A stretch of 64,000 nt of DNA from Alphaproteobacteria bacterium UBA830 (GTDB lineage Bacteria > Pseudomonadota > Alphaproteobacteria > MPNO01 > UBA830): the NCBI GenBank assembly GCA_002295635.1, contig DBHK01000025.1, positions 135,898-199,897 on the forward strand, given 5' to 3'. A program made the position numbers and the translations under genes. The stretch's first letter is position 1. Each line of letters opens with the position of its first letter. The notes under the pieces are model-generated. The model saw only the letters and a program-made list of their open reading frames with translations, was not told where the DNA came from and ran no database searches. Below are positions 56,931 through 64,000 of the stretch, in pieces.

Positions 56931-58265
56931 TTACTTCCCGATACAGAAATCGGCAAAAATAACGTCAAGAAGATCCTCGATATCAACTCTTCCCGTAATA
57001 GAGCCTAGTGCCTGGGCGCCCTGACGAAGGTCCTCAGCGAAAAGCTCCGGCACTTCAGTCGTCGACGCACGGCGTAGTGCATCTAAACACGCCTTTAATG
57101 CCGTCCGGTGCCGCAATCGGGTAAGAGGAGGGTCCCCGCTGACCGCTTTCATCAATTCGGCAGACCGTTTCTCGAGCCCGCTTAGAAGCCCTTGCAAACC
57201 ATCACCGGTTTTTGCAGACACAAAAAATGCATCAGGCGCCGGCCCCCGGGACATCCCAGGCTTAAGGTCAATTTTAGTTGAAACCGCGATCGCTCCCGGC
57301 AGCGACAAGAGGTCAAGACTCGCCTCGTCGACCGGCCCAGTCTGGTCAAAAAGAACCAAGCAAATATCTGACGTTTCAGCTCGGTTAACCGCCCGTCGTA
57401 TTCCCTCTTGTTCGACCGGATCCACCGCATCGCGAACCCCGGCAGTGTCCGCCAAGGTCACCGGCCACCCGCCGAGATCGAGGTGAACCTCAATCACATC
57501 TCTGGTGGTCCCGGCCTTTTCTGAAACAATCGCAACGTCACGCGCAGCTAGCGCATTCATTAGAGAAGATTTCCCGGCGTTCGGTGCCCCAAGGATAGCC
57601 ACTTGAAGGCCATCACGCAGCCGTTCACCACGGCGTTTATCATCTAAAAACCCTTCAATTTCGACCGCGAGCTTGCTCAGTTTTGCCCGCACCGACACCT
57701 CGACATCAGTGGGAATATCGTCCTCCGGAAAGTCGATCCATGCTTCGCTATAGGCTAGGATTTCGATTACTTGGGAACGCCAAGTTTCAAGTCGGCTCGA
57801 AAGGCCACCTCCCAGCTGGGCTAATGCTTGGCGACGCTGGGCTTCGGTTTCTGCATCAATTAGGTCTGCAATAGCCTCAGCCTCGGTCAAGTCGATTTTC
57901 CCGGCAAGAAACGCCCGCTTCGAGAATTCTCCGGGCTCAGCCATTCGGATACCGGGAAAAGCCGAAAGGGCTGCCGCGATAGCTTCGCAAGTAGCGCGGC
58001 CGCCGTGACAGTGAAGTTCTGCAACATCCTCGCCAGTAAAACTTGCCGGTTGAGGGAACCAAATCGCGACACCGTCGTCGAGTGGAGCGTTAATCGATGG
58101 ATCCACCATACGGCACCGTATGGCCTGCCGTGGCTCTGGCAATGCATCCCGGGAAGTTACTGCCAACAGAACAACACTGGCAGCGACACCAGAAATACGG
58201 AAGATTGAGATGCCCCCCCGCCCCTTTGCGGTAGCTAGCGCAAAAATAGTATCGTTTTCAGTCAT
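56931..58265 (-). CDS. mnmE: tRNA modification GTPase MnmE (TrmE)
   Basis: The N-terminus is DTIFALATAKGRGGISIFRISG. The G-domain has GAPNAGKSSL and DTAG. The C-terminus is the invariant FCIGK. Confidence 0.95.
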   Translation of the reverse strand: MTENDTIFALATAKGRGGISIFRISGVAASVVLLAVTSRDALPEPRQAIRCRMVDPSINAPLDDGVAIWFPQPASFTGEDVAELHCHGGRATCEAIAAALSAFPGIRMAEPGEFSKRAFLAGKIDLTEAEAIADLIDAETEAQRRQALAQLGGGLSSRLETWRSQVIEILAYSEAWIDFPEDDIPTDVEVSVRAKLSKLAVEIEGFLDDKRRGERLRDGLQVAILGAPNAGKSSLMNALAARDVAIVSEKAGTTRDVIEVHLDLGGWPVTLADTAGVRDAVDPVEQEGIRRAVNRAETSDICLVLFDQTGPVDEASLDLLSLPGAIAVSTKIDLKPGMSRGPAPDAFFVSAKTGDGLQGLLSGLEKRSAELMKAVSGDPPLTRLRHRTALKACLDALRRASTTEVPELFAEDLRQGAQALGSITGRVDIEDLLDVIFADFCIGK

Positions 58266-58653
58266 GCAGAAATGGCCTCGCGCAGCCTTGATAAAGGGCG
58301 GCGTCGGCGCTATCCCCCAAGATCCAGCGCCATGGCGTATTGCTCCATAAATGCCAGATATATATCACTATAACTATTGATGCCGAAACCCATGCATTCC
58401 TCCATCCTTTTTCTAGGGTTAATTCGGTGGCTCGTTCTAGTAACGCCTTTTGTGGGAATTTTGTTAGGTGCGTCGTTGATTCAAGCAACGTTCTGTAGCC
58501 AGGAAGCATCACGCCTCTTTAAATTTGCAATGAATATCAACTGACACTTTCATGATTGACTTCGCTCACCCATGTCGCGCTTACTCTACCATATTCCAAA
58601 GCAAAGCCGCTGTTTCATATATAGAACAACTTACCGATAGAAAAACTCCTTGC

Positions 58654-60696
58654 ATGGGCCGAAACCGACTGTCTGAAGAAACCAGCCCTTATCTTTTGCA
58701 GCATGCCGAGAATCCGGTCCATTGGTTCGGCTGGGGCCCCGTCGCTTTGTCTGCTGCTAATGAACATAACAGACCTATCCTCCTCTCTATCGGTTATGCC
58801 GCTTGTCATTGGTGCCACGTGATGGCGCATGAATGTTTCGAGAATCAAGCGATCGCCGAGCAAATGAATACTCTTTTTGTTAACATAAAAGTCGATCGGG
58901 AGGAGCGACCCGATATCGACGCCATCTATCAGCAAGCATTACAACTTCTCGGTCAGCAGGGCGGATGGCCCCTCACCATGTTCCTAACACCGGCTGGGGA
59001 GCCGTTTTGGGGTGGTACATATTTTCCTCCGGATTCGCGTTACGGGAGGCCAGGATTTCCTCAAGTTCTTTCTGCTATTTCCGACCACTGGCTCGGAAAA
59101 CCAGAAAAAGCGTATGAAACAGCAAAGGCCCTTACAAACGGACTCCAAAGAGCCTGGGCGACAGAACTGTCAGAAGCGAAGTCAACCGAAATCCCACTTA
59201 CGATTAATGACGAGGCAGCGGTCCGTATTGCGGAAGAATTCGACATGGTGGATGGCGGTTTCGGCAAACCGCCCAAATTCCCCAATCCCTCAATTCATGA
59301 ACTTCTTTGGCGATCTCATCTGCGAACAGGGGACGAGGCCTTGAGGGATGCGGTGCTGGTTTCGTTAACAAAAATGTCTCAAGGCGGTATTTATGACCAT
59401 CTCGGCGGAGGATTTTCGCGTTATTCGACCGATGCGATATGGCTCACCCCTCATTTCGAGAAAATGCTCTACGACAACGCCCAAATTATTGATCTCCTTG
59501 TATGGTCCTGGCAAGGAACGGGTAACCCTTTATTCGCCCAACGTGCGGAAGAAACAATCGACTGGTGTCTCCGGGAAATGGTCGTCGAAGCAGGGACTAC
59601 AGAGGGTAGACCGTTTGCAGCGAGTTATGACGCTGATTCAGAGGGAGAAGAAGGAAAGTTTTACGTTTGGTCTATCTCTGAAATTAATGAGGTTTTAGGA
59701 GATTGTGCCGAATCTTTACTTTTCAAAACCATTTACAACGTTTCATCGGATGGGAATTGGGACGGTCACAATATTCTGAATCGGATCAGCCACCCCGATT
59801 TGCTCAACGATGATCAAGAGGGGGTGCTTGCCGTTGCGCGGAGGAAACTTCTAGCTGTCCGAAACAGCCGTACATGGCCTGACTGGGACGACAAGGTTCT
59901 TGCTGACTGGAACGGTATGATGATTGCCTCGATGGCACATGCGGCAGTTGTTTTTAACAGGCCCGATTGGCTTCACGCCGCCATATCGGCGTTCGCTTTC
60001 GTCCGTGATTGCATGCAGCGCGACGGACGGCTTATGCACGCGTTTCGTCTGGGGAAGCTTAAACACTCTGCGACACTCGATGACTATGCCAACATGTCGC
60101 GAGCCGCGGTCGCCCTGTACGAAGCCACTGGTGACAAAGATTATATCAGAACAGCGAGGCACTGGGTGAAAACGATGAACGTCCACTTCTGGGATACTGC
60201 CAAAGGCGGTTATTTTTTCACCGCGGACGACGCGGAAGCGCTAATAATCCGAACAAAGACAGCCGCCGATAATGCCACACCTGCGGGTAACAGCGTCATA
60301 GCCGCGACACTAATCCGACTTCATTACCTAACAGGTGAGGATGCCTTTCGAACACGTGCTGAGAATATTTTTACAGCCTTTGCCGGTGAAGTATCCAAAA
60401 ATTTCTTTCCGTTGGCCGGCCTCCTCTGCGCAAACGAAATGCTTCAATGCGCCACGCAAGTCGTAATCATAGGCGATCCCGCGAAGGCCCCAACGAAGGC
60501 CCTCACCGCCGCTGCATGGAGGGCGTCAAATATGAACAAAATCGTTCAATGCATTGCGCCAAACCAAACCTTACCTGACGACCACCCCGCCTCTGGGAAA
60601 AAACAGGTTGCCGGCAAACCCACCGCTTATGTTTGTATCGGCCGAACCTGTTCTCTTCCCTTGACGGATCCTACGGATCTTAGCGTCGCAATCTAG
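58654..60696 (+). CDS. Thioredoxin-domain / six-hairpin glycosidase-like protein (YyaL/DUF255 family)
   Basis: The N-terminus [25 protein letters not shown]...[10 protein letters not shown] is the DUF255 signature. I chose the ATG at 58654 rather than the upstream track start. Confidence 0.85.
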   Translation: MGRNRLSEETSPYLLQHAENPVHWFGWGPVALSAANEHNRPILLSIGYAACHWCHVMAHECFENQAIAEQMNTLFVNIKVDREERPDIDAIYQQALQLLGQQGGWPLTMFLTPAGEPFWGGTYFPPDSRYGRPGFPQVLSAISDHWLGKPEKAYETAKALTNGLQRAWATELSEAKSTEIPLTINDEAAVRIAEEFDMVDGGFGKPPKFPNPSIHELLWRSHLRTGDEALRDAVLVSLTKMSQGGIYDHLGGGFSRYSTDAIWLTPHFEKMLYDNAQIIDLLVWSWQGTGNPLFAQRAEETIDWCLREMVVEAGTTEGRPFAASYDADSEGEEGKFYVWSISEINEVLGDCAESLLFKTIYNVSSDGNWDGHNILNRISHPDLLNDDQEGVLAVARRKLLAVRNSRTWPDWDDKVLADWNGMMIASMAHAAVVFNRPDWLHAAISAFAFVRDCMQRDGRLMHAFRLGKLKHSATLDDYANMSRAAVALYEATGDKDYIRTARHWVKTMNVHFWDTAKGGYFFTADDAEALIIRTKTAADNATPAGNSVIAATLIRLHYLTGEDAFRTRAENIFTAFAGEVSKNFFPLAGLLCANEMLQCATQVVIIGDPAKAPTKALTAAAWRASNMNKIVQCIAPNQTLPDDHPASGKKQVAGKPTAYVCIGRTCSLPLTDPTDLSVAI

Positions 60697-60740
60697 ACCC
60701 TTTATCCAGCACTACGAAGATATTGAAAATAAACCAAAAA

Positions 60741-61437
60741 CTAGGAGCGTGAAGGGATTTTAAACCCCCTTCTTACCGCGGGGCGCGCGAGACATCGATC
60801 TCGCCAATCCAAAAGGCTTTTGAACCCCTCAAGACCGAGCAAATCACCAGCACCATAGGTCGTGGTGAGGGCCCTGACCCACGGGAATGTTGCGATATCC
60901 GCGATTGAATAATCACTACCCAAAATGTAACGACGGCTGGACAGGTGTTGATCCAAAACCCCCAATAAGCGTTTAGTCTCATTTACATATCGGTCTGTCG
61001 GATATGGATCAACAATCCTGTCAGCAACAAACTTACAGAAATGGCGGAGTTGTCCGAACATTGGTCCAATACCGCCTACTTGGAACATTAACCACTGGAG
61101 GCACTAGTAACGCGCCGCCGGTTGGCTTGGAATGAATTTTCTAATTTTCTCCGCGAGGTAAATCAGAATCGCACCGCTGTCCCAAAGAGGGAGAGGCTCA
61201 CTGCCAGGGCCATGGGGGCCGATCATCGCCGAGTATTTTGTTGTTTGGGTTGAGAGACAGGAATTCGTCCTTCATCTGTTCCTCCGCCCCAAACGACACA
61301 AAGGGCGCTTCATAGGGAAGCCCAGCCTCTTCCAGCATAATGGAAGCATTAACGGCGTTGGGGGTCGGCAAAGAGTACAATTGTATATACTTTAAAGAAG
61401 GAAAGATCAAAGCCATCGGGTCCCACGTGGGTTGCAT
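60741..61437 (-). pseudogene. Disrupted YfcG/YghU-like (Nu-class) glutathione S-transferase
   Basis: The N-terminal ORF (IQLYSLPTPNAVNASIMLEEAGLPYE...LSLNPNNKI) and the C-terminal ORF (MFQVGGIGPMFGQ...YSIADIATFPWV) belong to one GST. A frame change near 61230-61233 and an in-frame TAG at 61104-61106 (ARY*CLQWLMFQ) separate them. Confidence 0.8.
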
Positions 61438-61476
61438 GTAAATCAGTTGGCGTTCTTATTCCGGTAGCTCGGAGTG

Positions 61477-62130
61477 TCAGGGTAAAACACTCCTGCCATA
61501 CAACACCATTGCGCGCGCAACGACGAATAGAACAACGGCGTTCAGAACGTGCCAAGCGAAGTGGGTGCCAAAGGAAAACTGACCGCATATCGGCAAATCG
61601 ATTGTCCTTAACGTGAGCGAAACGAAGAACACCGTCGCCGCCAGTAACAGCGCCGATCCGGCTATATGACCCCTCGCAAAGCGCAGATAACCCCCGATTA
61701 AAATCATTGCCAACAGAGCTGCTACATATGAGCCGCCGCGGAAGCCAGTCAAAGGAGGTACCAACATTGCAACACCGAGAACCACCGCGACACCGATACC
61801 ACAGATTACCGCGGGAGCCTCTACAAATCGCCTAAGCGCATACCATGTATAGATCAGAATAAATGTTGCTATCGGGATGACGTCCGACAGAAGCGCCCAG
61901 CGCGTCGCATGAGTATGAAATAGCCAACTGCCGACCCCAATTGTGAGAATCAGCACACAGAAGACCCAAGAAACGATATCGCGATACCCCGAGGGGCCCT
62001 GTTTCCGGATTAGGTTCGCTATCAACACCGCACTTAAAATAAAAGAGAAGTTGGTGACCGCATTTAGCGGCTCAGACCAGTACTCTGGGCCAGTACGCTC
62101 GCAGTAAATATCGATATATTCATGTTCCAT
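61477..62130 (-). CDS. Ceramidase (alkaline ceramidase/PAQR-like) family membrane protein
   Basis: The N-terminus YCERTGPEYWSEPLNAVTNFSF is followed by seven hydrophobic helices carrying conserved His residues (WLFHTHATRW, THFAWH). Confidence 0.65.
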   Translation of the reverse strand: MEHEYIDIYCERTGPEYWSEPLNAVTNFSFILSAVLIANLIRKQGPSGYRDIVSWVFCVLILTIGVGSWLFHTHATRWALLSDVIPIATFILIYTWYALRRFVEAPAVICGIGVAVVLGVAMLVPPLTGFRGGSYVAALLAMILIGGYLRFARGHIAGSALLLAATVFFVSLTLRTIDLPICGQFSFGTHFAWHVLNAVVLFVVARAMVLYGRSVLP

Positions 62131-62402
62131 TAACAACACCCTAATCGACTAGCCGCAGCGTTCAATGGCGGAAACAACTTATATAATGTGTTGATATCGG
62201 AATTACTGAAAATCAATACTAAATCGAACCTAGTTAAGTAATCTTTGCCGCCTCTACTCTTTATTTTTGCTGCTCGCCACACTGTTTTATGGAGCAGCAA
62301 AGGGGGGCGGGATACGCTGACGTACAACAGGTAGTGTTTCGTCATCGAAAATTTCAGGCATGGTGCCTTGACCTCATATGGCTGAGTACGCAATTTAGCC
62401 AA

Positions 62403-62861
62403 ATGCCGTGTATATCGCTAGAAACGTTTATCGGGCCAGTGTCGATTGAAGAAAACCACGGAAATATTATCCATGTCGGATGGAGTCATATTGATCAGAG
62501 AACCAGTGAATCCAAACTTCTGAAGGAGGCGCGGGAGCAGATCGAGGCCTATTTCGCCGAACGTCTCACAGAATTTGACCTGCCGCTCTCGCCACAAGGA
62601 TCGCCATTTCAAAAAACGATCTGGGCAGAGATGTCCAATATACCCCATGGACAGACTAGGACATATGGAAATTTAGCAACGCGCGCAAATACTTCGCCAC
62701 GCGCTGTCGGCAGGGCCTGTAGCGCGAATCCAATCCCGATTATTATACCTTGCCACCGGGTAATTGGCGCGAATGGTAGTGGTGGCTACTCCGGAAGGGG
62801 CGGTTTAACGACTAAAATTAGGCTGCTTAACTTTGAAAGAGGTCAAACACATTTTCCTTAA
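62403..62861 (+). CDS. ogt: Methylated-DNA--protein-cysteine methyltransferase
   Basis: The active site is IPCHRVIGANG. IPHGQTRTYGNLA and NPIPIIIP lie upstream of it. The ATG at 62403 gives a typical ~150-aa protein. Confidence 0.85.
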   Translation: MPCISLETFIGPVSIEENHGNIIHVGWSHIDQRTSESKLLKEAREQIEAYFAERLTEFDLPLSPQGSPFQKTIWAEMSNIPHGQTRTYGNLATRANTSPRAVGRACSANPIPIIIPCHRVIGANGSGGYSGRGGLTTKIRLLNFERGQTHFP

Positions 62862-62985
62862 ACGTATCAGTTACATTTCCATCGGTGACTTTTCTACACG
62901 CCGCCGCTAATATGGTAATAATAAGAAGCGGTTACATCCATACATAACCATATGTCATTATTTATTAGATCGGGGGTACCGGTTA

Positions 62986-63690
62986 ATGTCCAATATTTCC
63001 ATTGATTCCGCGGACGGTAGCGGCGATTTTTCTGCTTATTGCGCGATGCCTCCCACAGGCAGCGGGCCGGGTATAGTCGTTATTCAAGAAATTTTCGGTG
63101 TTAATCAAGTCATTCGTGATCTTTGCGACGGATTTGCCAGCAACGGTTACATCGCAATAGCCCCAGATATTTTTTGGCGCATTGAGCCCGGCGTGCAGCT
63201 GACCGATAAAAGTCAGGCCGAATGGGATAAAGCTTTTGAACTGATGAATGCATTCCTACCCAACTTCGAAAAAGGTGTTGGCGACATAGGCGCGACTATT
63301 TCCCATGTCCGCAACATGGAGGCCTGTAATGGAAAAGTTGGGGCCGTGGGCTATTGCCTAGGCGGCAGCCTCGCATATGCCACAGCCTGTTTCACAGACG
63401 CAGATGCATGTTCTGGATATTACCCAGTCCAGATTGAAGATTCGCTTGATCTTTCAGAGGGCATTAAAAATCCCCTTATACTTCATGTTGCGGAGAATGA
63501 CGGCTTCTGCCCGCCGGACGCGCAAGCGAAGATCAAGGAAAAGCTGGCGCCAAACCCGAATATCACCATCTATTCTTATCCTGACGTGGATCATGCATTT
63601 TCCCGGGTTGGCGGCGATAATTACGATGAGGGCGCGGCTATGCTAGCCAACGACCGGACATCAAAACTTTTCGAGTCAATTCTCGGATAG
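62986..63690 (+). CDS. Dienelactone hydrolase family protein
   Basis: The motifs are GPGIVVIQEIFGVN, the nucleophile elbow GYCLGGSLA and a C-terminal DHAF histidine. Confidence 0.85.
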   Translation: MSNISIDSADGSGDFSAYCAMPPTGSGPGIVVIQEIFGVNQVIRDLCDGFASNGYIAIAPDIFWRIEPGVQLTDKSQAEWDKAFELMNAFLPNFEKGVGDIGATISHVRNMEACNGKVGAVGYCLGGSLAYATACFTDADACSGYYPVQIEDSLDLSEGIKNPLILHVAENDGFCPPDAQAKIKEKLAPNPNITIYSYPDVDHAFSRVGGDNYDEGAAMLANDRTSKLFESILG

Positions 63691-63818
63691 AAAATGACCT
63701 GACCCGGAACGTCTAAGGATTTTTTAAAAACATTGGTGCAAAACCCTCGCCATAGATACCCGCTGCGGGGATTACATCTAATCAATCCCTATTAGCAATT
63801 TGAGAGAAGGAAACGCAG

Positions 63819-64000
63819 ATGCCCAAAGCTATCGTCGTTGAAGAAACCGGTTCACCATCGGTCATGAAGTGGCGGGATATTGAGGTTGGGCGGCCCGCCA
63901 AAGGGGAAGTGACCATCCGAGCGAAGGCGATCGGGGTAAACTTCATAGATATCTACCAGAGATCGGGTCTTTATCCGATGGCGTTACCATTTACCCCCGG
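63819..64000 (+). CDS. NADPH:quinone oxidoreductase / zeta-crystallin-like MDR (N-terminal fragment, continues past window)
   Basis: The sequence MPKAIVVEETGSPSVMKWRDIEVGRPAKGEVTIRAKAIGVNFIDIYQRSGLYP is a typical Qor N-terminus. The ORF is still open at the window end. Confidence 0.8.
   Translation, partial: MPKAIVVEETGSPSVMKWRDIEVGRPAKGEVTIRAKAIGVNFIDIYQRSGLYPMALPFTP

Noticed and set aside
62266-62301. A 10-bp inverted repeat TTTGCTGCTC ... GAGCAGCAAA with a 16-nt loop, upstream of ogt
   Set aside because: No U-tract follows on either strand, so it is not a convincing intrinsic terminator. The loop is large, and a single occurrence gives no repeat-family evidence. It could be a minor regulatory hairpin, but that is unsupported.
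1-64000. A search by eye for CRISPR arrays, tRNA/rRNA genes, IS elements, integrases and toxin-antitoxin or known defence genes
   Set aside because: I saw no regularly spaced repeats, no cloverleaf-compatible conserved tRNA motifs in intergenic regions, and no transposase, integrase or defence-type protein signatures among the ORF translations. A tRNAscan/Infernal/defence-finder run would be needed to exclude them formally.

Overview
The window looks like a chromosomal, origin-proximal segment of an alphaproteobacterium. The evidence is core-gene synteny: ybbN-like/LON-domain/Trm112, ftsK-lolA, leuS-lptE-holA and mnmE-mnmG-rsmG-parA-parB, with two parS sites. About 57 protein-coding genes are supported, and most are tightly packed housekeeping genes. 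By eye I found no rRNA, tRNA, CRISPR array, transposase or integrase.

The part that does not look like ordinary housekeeping is roughly 3.4-22.6 kb. On the minus strand, an ~12.7 kb run of 11 genes joins four glycosyltransferases, a histidine phosphatase, a NodB-like deacetylase and a small membrane protein to an Opp/Dpp-type ABC importer. The run (18723 down to 6053) is translationally coupled through ATGA/GTGA start-stop overlaps.

Across an AT-rich control region with an 11-bp direct repeat lies a divergent set of three genes:
- An 887-aa ABC-exporter-like protein. Its Walker A, signature, Walker B and H-loop motifs are all substituted, and its helical subdomain motif occurs three times.
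- A stand-alone cyclic-nucleotide-binding protein.
- A small methyltransferase-fold protein.

I flag this as the best candidate for an undescribed system, possibly a cyclic-nucleotide-linked glycan or glycoconjugate system. The function is inference only.

Secondary items:
- A split aconitase-X pair followed by three SDRs, one of which lacks YxxxK.
- A CFA-synthase / FAD-oxidoreductase / CHI-fold / MFS lipid-modification cluster.
- An orphan CoxL-like molybdopterin subunit.
- A YfcG-like GST pseudogene.

All calls come from reading the translated ORFs and the DNA. No database search was run.
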